Source: Candidatus Peregrinibacteria bacterium (GTDB lineage: Bacteria; Patescibacteriota; Gracilibacteria; UBA1369; JABINC01). From it: a DNA stretch of 64,000 nt. Position 1 is the stretch's first letter. Each line of letters opens with the position of its first letter. This document shows, piece by piece, positions 24,986 through 34,359 of this stretch. The notes under the pieces are model-generated. The model saw only the letters and a list, made by a program, of their open reading frames with translations, searched no databases and was not told where the DNA came from. The position numbers were made by a program, and so were the translations under genes. The DNA lies in NCBI GenBank assembly GCA_030700255.1, contig JAUYJN010000043.1:16785-80784 (forward strand), in the 5' to 3' direction.

Positions 24986-26863
24986 ATGAATTTCTTTAAG
25001 ACAGATAACGGTGATGATGAATTGAAGCTTGAAAAAGGTATAACAAACCTTGCTTCTTTTGGGTTGCCAAGTAAGTCTGTCAAGAAGGTTATGAAATCAC
25101 GTTTGATGAGTTCTATAAATGATCAAGCGGAATTAGCTCAATATGAAAAAATGATTTCTCCGATCCGGAAACTTGCTGATTCTTTGCAGGTACCACGTGA
25201 AGTTAATATGAGTATGAGAAGACGTCTTATGAACCGTATTTCTCTCGACCTTGGTTCGTTTTCTTGGTTTGATGTTTGTGAAAAAAGTATTTTTGGTAGA
25301 GCTTCCATCGCGACCGCTATGATTATAATGATTTCTTTTGTAAGTATTTTTACATTCCAATTGAATACGCCTATTTCATATGCCAAAGATAGTCTGCTTT
25401 TTAATATCTCCGGAGATGTTTATGTATATCGAGCAGGTATGTTGATTCCGGTAGTGGATGGTTTTGTTTTGCAAGAGGGCGATAAAATCCATACCGGATA
25501 TGGTTCCGGTGTTACAGCTATATTTATGGACAGGACTATGAGCAGGGTTGATGAAGAATCAAAGTTAAATCTGAGTAAGTTATATAGTGACGATTTCGGT
25601 AACACGGAAGTTACTCTTGGAGTAGCAGCGGGGCGTATATGGTCTAAAGTCCCATCGTTAATTGTTGGATCTTTCAATGTTGCAACCCTGCATACGGTTG
25701 TAAAGGTGCGGAGAAATGCTACTTTTGATGTGGATGTTGATAAAGAAGAGCAGGTGGCAATATCTGTAGTGGAGAATTTTGTTGACGTTGAGCTTTCTTC
25801 TTATAATCCAGCTGTTAAGACTACTGTCGTTGAAGGCGAAAGTTTGATTGTAAGTGAAGGGAAAAATAAGATTGTAAGTTTGGATGATAAGGACTTATGG
25901 CTTCGTATGAATATGTCAAAAGATGAGTTCGAAGGTCAACTTCTTGCTCAACAAGGTTCATCTGATCTTGAAGATGCAGTTGGATTCCTTCCAACTGATA
26001 AATTATATGGAGTTAAGATGTTCAAAGAAAATCTTGGTATGGTTCTTGGTATTAATCAACGTGAGAAACTTGAAAATCAGCTTAATATAGCTAGTAAAAG
26101 ACTCGCCGAAGCTGAGGTTTTGATTCAAAAAGGTTTGAGTGGAAATGCTGAAGAAGTTCTCAAAGAGTATAAGCAAATAATGCTTGATATTACTCATGAA
26201 TATAGTGATCTTATAGGTATAGAAGACGTAGAAAGACAGCTTTCTGCTATGATGGCACAGGACAAAAGAAGGTATTACACAACTCTACCAGGATCCAGTT
26301 TATCCGATGTAAAAAAAGTTGTTGGAGAAGTTGAGTTCTTGCTCGCAAATGATCGTGTTCGTGCAAACCAAATAGCTTTGAACCATGCATCTGATGATCT
26401 TTATCAAGTGTTTAATCTTTTGAAGCATGGTGGAGCAACTATGGCTGAAGTCTCAATTGAAGATTATCCAAATATTCTTCAAAATACATTACGTGATTTG
26501 GTCGCTTACAATCAGCATGATCAAGATGGATATTTTAGAGCGGCGTTCGTCACCGCTTTGTCAGATTTAAAAACAATTAATGCATTACATGAGGTTGTCG
26601 GCTTTAATGGAATTATAAATGTTGAAAGCGTACAAAGTAGAGTGATCGATACGCTTGATGAATATTTTGTTATAGCAAATACTGATTCTTCTTACGATGA
26701 TTTGCTTGCTGAGTTCATGGTCTTACAAAAGGATAATCTTGATGAACTGGTTGAATTAAGTGAATTCGTAGGTGTGAACGATCAAAATGCTGCGACTGTA
26801 GATATCGCTTTGGTTGGACAGACGGTAGTTTCTGATGAGCTAGATTTGAGTGATACCGAGTAG
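24986..26863 (+). CDS. Putative membrane-anchored anti-sigma factor with FecR-like extracytoplasmic domain
   Basis: 625 aa, directly downstream of the ECF sigma gene. One TM segment (ASIATAMIIMISFVSIFTF). FecR-like segment VYVYRAGMLIPVVDGFVLQEGDKIHTGYGSGVTAIFMD. Confidence 0.6.
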   Translation: MNFFKTDNGDDELKLEKGITNLASFGLPSKSVKKVMKSRLMSSINDQAELAQYEKMISPIRKLADSLQVPREVNMSMRRRLMNRISLDLGSFSWFDVCEKSIFGRASIATAMIIMISFVSIFTFQLNTPISYAKDSLLFNISGDVYVYRAGMLIPVVDGFVLQEGDKIHTGYGSGVTAIFMDRTMSRVDEESKLNLSKLYSDDFGNTEVTLGVAAGRIWSKVPSLIVGSFNVATLHTVVKVRRNATFDVDVDKEEQVAISVVENFVDVELSSYNPAVKTTVVEGESLIVSEGKNKIVSLDDKDLWLRMNMSKDEFEGQLLAQQGSSDLEDAVGFLPTDKLYGVKMFKENLGMVLGINQREKLENQLNIASKRLAEAEVLIQKGLSGNAEEVLKEYKQIMLDITHEYSDLIGIEDVERQLSAMMAQDKRRYYTTLPGSSLSDVKKVVGEVEFLLANDRVRANQIALNHASDDLYQVFNLLKHGGATMAEVSIEDYPNILQNTLRDLVAYNQHDQDGYFRAAFVTALSDLKTINALHEVVGFNGIINVESVQSRVIDTLDEYFVIANTDSSYDDLLAEFMVLQKDNLDELVELSEFVGVNDQNAATVDIALVGQTVVSDELDLSDTE

Positions 26864-27886
26864 GGTCCCAAGCCCTGCGAAGAAGGCTCCGATTATCCAA
26901 AACCTCATGGTTACCTGATGAGCAGGCCAGCCGATGTGTTCGAAGTGGTGATGTATTGGTGCGATGTAAAATACCTTTTTTCCATTTCTTAGTTTTTTGG
27001 AAGTGAGTTGAATGATTATAGAAAGAGTTTCAATTACGAAGATAAACATTATAAGTGGAAATACGACAACTGAGTTTGTGAGCATGGCAATAACCCCCAT
27101 AGTTCCGCCGAGGGCTATTGAGCCCGTGTCGCCCATAAAGAATTTGGCGGGAGGTATGTTGAACCATAAGAATGCGAGCAGAGCCCCTATCAGTACGCCA
27201 CAAAATGCTGTTAATATGAGTAGGCCTTGAGAATAAGCAATGATTCCCAGTGATAGTAGAGCGAGTATCGATAGCCCTCCGGCAAGGCCATCAAGCCCAT
27301 CGGTAAAATTCACTGAATTTGCAGAGGCGATTATTATAAATATGAAAAGTGGTATGTACCATAGTCCAATAAAATAATCTCCGAAAAATGGGATGTGAAT
27401 AGTGTCGTATCCAAGTTTGAAATAAAACCAATAAGATCCAAGTGCAGCAAAAAAAGTAAGCCATAAAAACTTTGGCCTCATATTTATACCATGTGATTTG
27501 CCCCAGCCACGGATGTTGAAATAATCGTCTACCGCACCGAGTAGTCCTAATGTAACGAGAGTGAAAATTGGAAGATATGTTTCTTTCCTGTTGATTAATG
27601 AATGATCTACTACTCCAATATAAGATATAAATCGAGTTGCGAGTACGATGATCAAAGTAGTTACCCAAATCAATATTCCACCCATTGTTGGAGTTCCGGC
27701 CTTGTGTTTGTGAAGTACATTAAACAGTATCGCCTTTCCACTAGATGCTTCGGTACGAATTCTTTTACTTATTTTTAATTTAATCAGAAGGCTTATGAAA
27801 ATTGGGCATATAAAATATGCAAGTAAAAATGAACTCACTGTTCCGCCGAAGATAAGGATAAGATTTATAATATGTTCTTCTATCAT
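26840..27886 (-). CDS. mraY: Phospho-N-acetylmuramoyl-pentapeptide transferase
   Basis: 348 aa. Contains KAGTPTMGG, NFTDGLDGLA, FMGDTGS and APIHHHFE. Confidence 0.95.
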   Translation of the reverse strand: MIEEHIINLILIFGGTVSSFLLAYFICPIFISLLIKLKISKRIRTEASSGKAILFNVLHKHKAGTPTMGGILIWVTTLIIVLATRFISYIGVVDHSLINRKETYLPIFTLVTLGLLGAVDDYFNIRGWGKSHGINMRPKFLWLTFFAALGSYWFYFKLGYDTIHIPFFGDYFIGLWYIPLFIFIIIASANSVNFTDGLDGLAGGLSILALLSLGIIAYSQGLLILTAFCGVLIGALLAFLWFNIPPAKFFMGDTGSIALGGTMGVIAMLTNSVVVFPLIMFIFVIETLSIIIQLTSKKLRNGKKVFYIAPIHHHFEHIGWPAHQVTMRFWIIGAFFAGLGTLLGITQI

Positions 27887-27900
27887 CGTTATTTATTATA

Positions 27901-28785
27901 TCACCATACGTAGGTTTCCCAAATTTTATCTTTGAGATATTGAGTCTCATTAAACCGAGCAGAGCTATTTAGAATTACAGTTACGATTTCATTCCCGTAT
28001 GGATTTATAGCAAGTGAGATGAGGCATTCCCCTGCAGATAAAGTAGATCCTGTTTTGAGTCCTTTGATTTCAGGGTCAACCCCCAGAAGTTTATTAGTGT
28101 TTATGAGCTTGTGAGTAATCCCACTTACACTTTGAAATTCCATTTCTTTTATGTCTATTATTGATCTTATAAAACTTTTTTTAATAGCATATCCTGCGAG
28201 GATCCCAAGATCTTTTGCTGTTGAATAATTATCAGGGTCATCAAGTCCATGTGGGTTTGCAAAATGTGTGTTTTGCATTCCAAGATTCTCCGCTTTTGCA
28301 TTCATCTTTTGTACAAATAATTCTTCTGAACCGGAGATGTTCTCCGCTATCGCAACCGCCGCATCATTCCCTGAATTGATTAGCATTGAATAAAGTAGAT
28401 TTTTATAAGTAATTTTCTCACCTTGTTGTAACCAGGCTCTAGAGCCGGTAATTAATGCTGCATTCCTTGATACGGTAGCGACATCATCTAAGTTGTCGAC
28501 GCTTTCTATTGCAACTATTGCAGTCATAATTTTTGTTAAACTTGCTATAGGTAGTTTTTGTTCAATATTTTTTTCGTATAGTATTTTGTTGGAATTTACA
28601 TCGAGCACTAGCGCTGATACGGCGGTCAATCTTATTGGGATATCTTCAGATTTAATCGGAATTGGACTCAAGCTTAAAATCTCAATACCTGCAGACCTAT
28701 GAGGCATATTATAAATAAGTGGCATGTTAGTATTCGTGCCATTTAGAAGTGCGCTTAAGTAAAGTGTAATTAAGGTTGAAAGCAT
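27901..28785 (-). CDS. D-alanyl-D-alanine carboxypeptidase (S11, PBP5-like)
   Basis: 294 aa. SxxK (ASLTK), SxN (NSGND) and KTG (LKTGST) motifs in canonical order, plus an N-terminal anchor. Confidence 0.85.
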   Translation of the reverse strand: MLSTLITLYLSALLNGTNTNMPLIYNMPHRSAGIEILSLSPIPIKSEDIPIRLTAVSALVLDVNSNKILYEKNIEQKLPIASLTKIMTAIVAIESVDNLDDVATVSRNAALITGSRAWLQQGEKITYKNLLYSMLINSGNDAAVAIAENISGSEELFVQKMNAKAENLGMQNTHFANPHGLDDPDNYSTAKDLGILAGYAIKKSFIRSIIDIKEMEFQSVSGITHKLINTNKLLGVDPEIKGLKTGSTLSAGECLISLAINPYGNEIVTVILNSSARFNETQYLKDKIWETYVW

Positions 28786-29559
28786 TTAATGTAATAAAGA
28801 ATTTATTTCATCCTGCGTTAGTGATCTATAAGTCCCGGTTTTCAGGTTCCCGAGTTTTATGCTCCCTATGCGTATTCTTTTCAAATCCATATACTTATAC
28901 CCGATTCGCTCCATCATTAATCTTATTTGTCTTTTTCTCCCTTCTTCAATTGTTATGTGTATTATAGTTGGCTTCCCATCATTTTTTATAGTTTCAACTT
29001 TTTTTGCTTTTGCTATGTATTTTTCAGATGTCTTTCGGTCGGTTTGGATCCTCTCCACTTCAATTTCAATACCATTTTTCAATTTATCTATGTCTTCCTT
29101 TTTAGTTATTTTGTTGATTCTTATTTCGTACTCTTTTTCACATTTATTTGATGGATGCGCTATCTTGTGGAGGAAGTCACCATCGTTTGTAACTATTAGT
29201 AATCCTTCAGTGTTTTTATCAAGGCGCCCAACTGTTGATAATCTCATATCCGGTAATAATTCAGTGACCAATTTATCTTCATGTTGAGTTTCGTTTGCGC
29301 AGATATATCCTTTTGGCTTGTTGAGTAGGTAGTAAACTTTTTCTGGCATGCCGTCGATTTTCACCATGCCTATCATTACTTTGTCGACTTTTGGATTTAT
29401 ACTTATTCCCATTTTATTTACTATGACTCCATTGACTGCGACGGCGCCGGAGGCTATCAAATCATCGGCTTTTCTTCTGGACGTATAGCCGCTCGCTGCT
29501 ATGAATTTATTTAATCTTATTTTGTCGCGTGCCGCCTCCGCACTCTGCTCTGTATTCAA
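28786..29559 (-). CDS. rluB: Pseudouridine synthase, RsuA/RluB family, with S4 domain
   Basis: 257 aa. S4 domain (RLNKFIAASGYTSRRKADDLIASGAVAVNG) and the catalytic block VGRLDKNTEGLLIVTNDG. Confidence 0.85.
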   Translation of the reverse strand: MNTEQSAEAARDKIRLNKFIAASGYTSRRKADDLIASGAVAVNGVIVNKMGISINPKVDKVMIGMVKIDGMPEKVYYLLNKPKGYICANETQHEDKLVTELLPDMRLSTVGRLDKNTEGLLIVTNDGDFLHKIAHPSNKCEKEYEIRINKITKKEDIDKLKNGIEIEVERIQTDRKTSEKYIAKAKKVETIKNDGKPTIIHITIEEGRKRQIRLMMERIGYKYMDLKRIRIGSIKLGNLKTGTYRSLTQDEINSLLH

Positions 29560-29560
29560 T

Positions 29561-30991
29561 TTAAAGTGAGTAAAAAAGTTTAGGATTCTGTTGTTTGAAA
29601 TCTATGAATTGTTGCCCAAATATTACAACTATATCTGCCTGTGAAGAAAATTTCTCTTTAGAATATTCAGTGCCTTCCGCACTCACCGCTTCGACCCCCA
29701 GTAATTCACCTAGGGCTTCCAGTGTAGCTTTACTCGCGTCCTCTGTTCTGTAGTATATTTGATTCGCCTCAACCTTTTCTTCTGAGTTCCCGTATCGCAC
29801 TACGTCAAATCCATACCTCTCAATATAAGTTAAACCGTCAAATGCCAGGTTTGGAGTTTTAGTACCATTGAGTACATGTATAGGAGCATGCTCTATTAAT
29901 ACGTTTGTTTTATACAGTACTATGTTTGCAAATTTTTGTATTTCATCAAATTTATTTGTTTGAGGAACCAATACAAAAGCTCCGCCATAAAATTCACGCT
30001 CAGGTGTATATAATAACCCTCCTTGTTTATATGGGTCATCGTTTATCACTGCATGAGTTATATTTGCACTACTAAATTTTGAAGCTTTTCGACCTAGATA
30101 TATAAATTCATACATCTGTAGGTCAGTTTTTATATTTTCTTGATAACTTTGATATAGTTTTTTTAACTTTGTTTTTGAAAATAAAACTTCAGATGATAAT
30201 AGTTTGCTTTGTATAGCTCCGAGTACATCTTTTTGCCTTCTTGCTCTATCAAAATCCGAAGTTGTTTTTCTACTTCGTACGTATTTCAAAGCCGTTTCTC
30301 CATCTAATTTTTGCACACCTTCTTTTATATAAAATGGTTCATATTCATACGTTTCACCCTTTGGAAAAAATGGATCGTATAATGTTTCCGGTACATTTAC
30401 TTCGATTCCACCTATACTATCTATAACATCTTCAAATCCGGAAAAATCAACTAAAGCATAATAGTGAATTGGTACGTTTAATATTTCTTGAATTTCTTTT
30501 CTCATTAACTCCAGCCCCTCTTCGGCCGTATCACCTTCATTTAGTGAAAGTTCCAATACTTTATTTATTCTGGCTCCTCCAAGGCCTTCTGTTTCTACCC
30601 ATAGATCACGAGGTACGGAAAGTATACCAACCGTATAATCTTTCATGTCTATAGATGCGATCATAATCGTATCCGTAAGGTTTGCTCCATCATGTTGTCC
30701 GCCACCTTCTCCAAGTAATAAAATATTTGTGTGATTGTATTCATCGGTTCGTACAGGCTTGTTCAGTACCGCCATAAACACATCTTTGAAGCTTAATTCT
30801 TTTATAAACATAAAGCCTTTGAACAATAGCAACCCGAATAAAAGTACTACCAATGCACTTACGATCAAGATTACGTTTTTGAATTTCAGGTGTCCTTTTA
30901 GCAATTTCGCATGTTTTTTCGCTGCAATAGAAGCGGTTCTTTTGAACTCAATATGCTTTGATTTGCGTATTTTCTTTACTTTGAAATTCAT
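29561..30991 (-). CDS. LytR/CpsA/Psr (LCP) family protein
   Basis: 476 aa. N-terminal TM segment, then NILLLGEGGGQHDGANLTDTIMIASID...LSVPRDLWV and ALKYVRSRKTTSDFDRARRQ. Confidence 0.85.
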   Translation of the reverse strand: MNFKVKKIRKSKHIEFKRTASIAAKKHAKLLKGHLKFKNVILIVSALVVLLFGLLLFKGFMFIKELSFKDVFMAVLNKPVRTDEYNHTNILLLGEGGGQHDGANLTDTIMIASIDMKDYTVGILSVPRDLWVETEGLGGARINKVLELSLNEGDTAEEGLELMRKEIQEILNVPIHYYALVDFSGFEDVIDSIGGIEVNVPETLYDPFFPKGETYEYEPFYIKEGVQKLDGETALKYVRSRKTTSDFDRARRQKDVLGAIQSKLLSSEVLFSKTKLKKLYQSYQENIKTDLQMYEFIYLGRKASKFSSANITHAVINDDPYKQGGLLYTPEREFYGGAFVLVPQTNKFDEIQKFANIVLYKTNVLIEHAPIHVLNGTKTPNLAFDGLTYIERYGFDVVRYGNSEEKVEANQIYYRTEDASKATLEALGELLGVEAVSAEGTEYSKEKFSSQADIVVIFGQQFIDFKQQNPKLFYSL

Positions 30992-31239
30992 AGTTTACTA
31001 TGTGTTACAGTCTTCCTTTGAAGCCCGCCATATTCTACATATATTTCAGCAGAAAACTATAGTAAATGAGAGTTAATCCACTGGGATTTAAAAAGAACAG
31101 ATTTGAAATCACATACTCCAAGAATTTTGGCATGGATATTATCAACAAAATTGGAATCACAAAGCTGAGCGTACGTGCTTCCCTCGAGTTATTGATCCTG
31201 AGCTATACGATATAAGCTCAAGATGAGGCTGTTTTTTTC

Positions 31240-31539
31240 TTAGAACTCTTCACGAATGTTTTTGATAACCTTCGCAATGACATCATTTGCCTTATTATTA
31301 CTTAGAGTGTTCCGTACGGTTTCTTCAGCATCGTTTCCCAAGACTTTTCGTATTTCATTGGTGATATTGGGATTGCCTGCGACTGCGGCACGCACAAGCG
31401 CATTACTATGCCTCGCCAACGCAATGAGTATTTCCGGGTCTGTATGCGATTGCGCTATAGCTACCAAGTTCACAGTAGATTGATTATTAAGATCATCAAC
31501 GGTTCCAAAGTCTTCTAAATTAATTGTCATTTGAGTCAT
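31240..31539 (-). CDS. Hypothetical protein with HEAT/LRV-like repeat
   Basis: 99 aa. DPEILIALARHSNALVRAAVAGNPN resembles leucine-rich-variant/HEAT_PBS repeats. Confidence 0.45.
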   Translation of the reverse strand: MTQMTINLEDFGTVDDLNNQSTVNLVAIAQSHTDPEILIALARHSNALVRAAVAGNPNITNEIRKVLGNDAEETVRNTLSNNKANDVIAKVIKNIREEF

Positions 31540-31567
31540 TATAGTAAGAGAGAATTAAATCATATTT

Positions 31568-32245
31568 TTATTTATTTTCAAAGCGAATATTGCATTCTTT
31601 GCATGCCTTGCAAATTCTATTGAGCGACACTCCTTTTTTTAAAAGGTCTGTTATTTCATTTTTTATCCATATTTTGCCGGAAACTGAGCTGAGTGCAAAT
31701 CCTTTCATTTCCGCTTGCGGATCCGTCCATTTCCCATGACTCCCTTTACCTGTGTTTGGAACGGATTCGAGTCCGACTGCTATGAAAAAACGTTCCATTT
31801 TACTTCTATCTATCATGATGTTCGGTACCCGATATTTATTATAAATATTGGTACTTTTAGATTGCTCCTCAAAATCCATAGTATTCAGATTTAGATATTT
31901 GAAGATTTCGGAAAGAAAATATTTGTAAACATTGGGCTCCATGGAAAGCGATGTTCGAAGATTGCTAAACAAATCCCTTATGGTTTCTATGACGTTGGGA
32001 TCGGTTTTTGTGGCCTCGCTCAGCTCTGTCTTAAGGCTTTCAGTGACTTCTTCGGCGACCTCATCTATGTCTTCGACGCAGTTGGAAATAGCATTTGGAT
32101 TATTTGTATACAAATCCACACCTTCGAAATCTTTAAGCGTTATAAAAAGTAGTTCCAAATATTCGCCGGTTTCCGGCAAAATCCGGTGGATTTCGGTTAA
32201 GAGTTGATTGAACGGTATGTCGTGTTTTTGTGTTTCTGTGTTCAT
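31568..32245 (-). CDS. Hypothetical protein with C-terminal HicA-like domain
   Basis: 225 aa. The C-terminus MERFFIAVGLESVPNTGKGSHGKWTDPQAEMKGFALSS...ITDLLKKG follows the HicA pattern (G-SH-..-hP). The N-terminal ~150 aa have no recognised family. Confidence 0.5.
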   Translation of the reverse strand: MNTETQKHDIPFNQLLTEIHRILPETGEYLELLFITLKDFEGVDLYTNNPNAISNCVEDIDEVAEEVTESLKTELSEATKTDPNVIETIRDLFSNLRTSLSMEPNVYKYFLSEIFKYLNLNTMDFEEQSKSTNIYNKYRVPNIMIDRSKMERFFIAVGLESVPNTGKGSHGKWTDPQAEMKGFALSSVSGKIWIKNEITDLLKKGVSLNRICKACKECNIRFENK

Positions 32246-32340
32246 TTTTTCAAATTATCATCGAATTATACCAAAAATCCTGTTCATTTTGAAGGGGAAG
32301 GAGTTCAAGCTTCACCATTTTTTAAAACCTGCCTCCAACC

Positions 32341-32667
32341 TTAACTTTTCGTGGCACATACCTTGAAACCTCTTTTTCGGCTATCTCTTGCGATATTCGT
32401 ATTGTCATTTTCGCCTTCATCGATCCCCCCTTTCTCAAAAATGAGATTGGCTTGCCCTTGCGGTTTATCGGGCACAAAAGTGTGCGGCCGCACACTTTTC
32501 ATCTCGGCTATCGATACGCTTACATCGCTCAGGACTCGTATACCATTCGCTTCATTTTCCTGCGCCGGAAGAGCGCTTGAGTGCCGTATTTTTTGCAAAG
32601 AGTGAGGAGTTTTACTCTTAAGAGTAACATTTGAAGGTAAATCATATATTCTAAATAATAAAAACAT
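32341..32667 (-). CDS. Doubtful ORF in a GC-rich spacer
   Basis: 108 aa. Codon choice is noticeably GC-richer than neighbouring genes (CGG, GCG, GCC, GGG). A 24-bp perfect palindrome lies inside it, and an antisense ORF is almost equally long. It may be non-coding. Confidence 0.2.
   Translation of the reverse strand: MFLLFRIYDLPSNVTLKSKTPHSLQKIRHSSALPAQENEANGIRVLSDVSVSIAEMKSVRPHTFVPDKPQGQANLIFEKGGIDEGENDNTNIARDSRKRGFKVCATKS
32476..32499. repeat. 24-bp perfect palindrome AAAAGTGTGCGGCCGCACACTTTT
   Basis: Read directly from the sequence. GCGGCCGC core, with T/A runs on both sides (bidirectional terminator shape or a protein-binding site). Confidence 0.9.
32612..32627. repeat. 16-bp perfect palindrome TTACTCTTAAGAGTAA
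   Basis: Read directly from the sequence. Same spacer as the 24-bp palindrome. Confidence 0.9.
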
Positions 32668-32860
32668 ATTTTGACTTTAGACTTAAATAAAAAGGGTCGA
32701 ATTAGGACGGGGGGCGAAACACCGGCGCAAAAAATGGTGAACACTTTTGAAAGCTAGAAAACAGGTGAAAAAACCGATTTACCTTGGTTTGGGAGTTTTT
32801 TAGAGTTTTTTTAAATGATGTACTGTTGGATTTTAAAGAAATTTTAATTTCGTTTGGTAT

Positions 32861-34321
32861 ATGGTAGTTATGAAATTTTCTTTGAAAGTCACATATGGTG
32901 TTATTGCATTTTTGGGAGGGGTGCTTGCTTCTGAGATGATTTTCTCGATTGTGTTCAAAGCGGATGTGTTTTTTGGAAAATGGATTTGGTTGATAAGTGG
33001 GCTTTTTGTGGGATTGAGTTTTTTGCGTGGTAATGATAGTAGGAGATGGATTATTTGGTTGAAGTTTGTTTTGATTTTTTTTGCCGGAGTGTTTTATTTT
33101 AATGGGAGTTTTTTGCAGGGGGATGATCGGGGAGGGGTGAAATATTATGTGGGGCGAGAGGTTGATTGGCAGGTGCGTGTGGATGGCGAGGTTGATGTGC
33201 GGCGGACCGGTCAGAAGTTGACGGCCATGGTTGATGGGCTAAAGGGGTACGTGCTTCTGAATTTGCCAAAATATCCGCGGTATGAATATGGAGATGTTTT
33301 GAGTGTTTTTGGGTTGCTTGAAGAGCCATTTGAAACGGAGGATTTTTCGTATAAAGATTATTTGGAAAGATATGAGGTGTACGGAGTAATGAAAAATCCG
33401 AGAGTGCGAAAGGTTTCTTCAGGAATGAATAATCCTTTTTATAAATATATATTTTTTGTAAAAGATATTGTGCAGAGAAGGATCAACATTTTATGGAGTG
33501 AGCCGTATGCGAGTTTTGAATCCGGACTTTTGCTTGGTGCTCGCAAGGGGATTCCCGATAAAATTTTGGAAGCTTTTAATATAACAGGGCTCACTCATAT
33601 AATTGCGATTTCCGGATATAATATTAGTCTTGTTATAGTTTTGGTTGGAGCGGCCTTTGCTAGCGTCGCTCGTAAAAAGAGGGTTGTATTGTCGGTGATT
33701 TTTATAGTTGTTTTTACTGTGCTTGTGGGTATGTCGGCCGCAGTAGTGCGCGCGGCTATTATGGGTTCGATTGGGCTCTTTGCCTTGTATTTTGGTAGGT
33801 CGACACGAGTTACTTTGACCCTGCTTATGAGCGCGCTCCTTATGAATTTGTATAATCCAAAAATCATTACATATGATGCCGGATTTCAACTTTCATTTGC
33901 AGCTACTTGTGGAATTATTTATGTTTCTCCGAAAATCGAAAAGTGGTTTGTAAGAGTGCCGGAAATTTGTGGGATTCGGGAAGGACTTCAAATGACTATT
34001 GCCGCTCAAATCAGCACTTTGCCAATTATTTTGTTTCACTTTGGGCGGCTTTCACTCGTTTCACCTCTGGCAAATATAATGGTTGCTCCATTTATTCCAC
34101 TTAGTATGGCCGCAGGTGCTATCGCATTTTTGGTAAGCTTGATTTCAAATTTATTGTCTCAGATTTTTATAGGTATTACATGGATTTTTCTTGAGATTAT
34201 AATTCAAATCACGCTTTTTTGCGCCGCGATACCTTTTGCAAGTTTGGATATTAGTGGATTTGATATTATTTTGCTACTTGGTACTTATACGTTTTTGTAT
34301 ATTTGGTTAAAGGAGAATTGA
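32861..34321 (+). CDS. comEC: ComEC/Rec2-family DNA internalisation channel protein (no beta-lactamase domain)
   Basis: 486 aa, polytopic. Contains GLLLGARKGIPDKILEAFNITGLTHIIAISGYNISLV. Confidence 0.85.
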   Translation: MVVMKFSLKVTYGVIAFLGGVLASEMIFSIVFKADVFFGKWIWLISGLFVGLSFLRGNDSRRWIIWLKFVLIFFAGVFYFNGSFLQGDDRGGVKYYVGREVDWQVRVDGEVDVRRTGQKLTAMVDGLKGYVLLNLPKYPRYEYGDVLSVFGLLEEPFETEDFSYKDYLERYEVYGVMKNPRVRKVSSGMNNPFYKYIFFVKDIVQRRINILWSEPYASFESGLLLGARKGIPDKILEAFNITGLTHIIAISGYNISLVIVLVGAAFASVARKKRVVLSVIFIVVFTVLVGMSAAVVRAAIMGSIGLFALYFGRSTRVTLTLLMSALLMNLYNPKIITYDAGFQLSFAATCGIIYVSPKIEKWFVRVPEICGIREGLQMTIAAQISTLPIILFHFGRLSLVSPLANIMVAPFIPLSMAAGAIAFLVSLISNLLSQIFIGITWIFLEIIIQITLFCAAIPFASLDISGFDIILLLGTYTFLYIWLKEN

Positions 34322-34359
34322 AAGGTGTTTTTTTAAGATTTTCCGAGTATATTTGTTAT

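Noticed and set aside
32690-32860. tmRNA-like words (GGGUCGAAUUAGGACGGGGGGCGAAACACC, A-run, short tag-like frame)
   Set aside because: There is no tRNA-like 3' end (T-arm plus CCA). The space before comEC is too short for a tmRNA, and the putative tag (..NTFES*) lacks the usual hydrophobic C-terminus.
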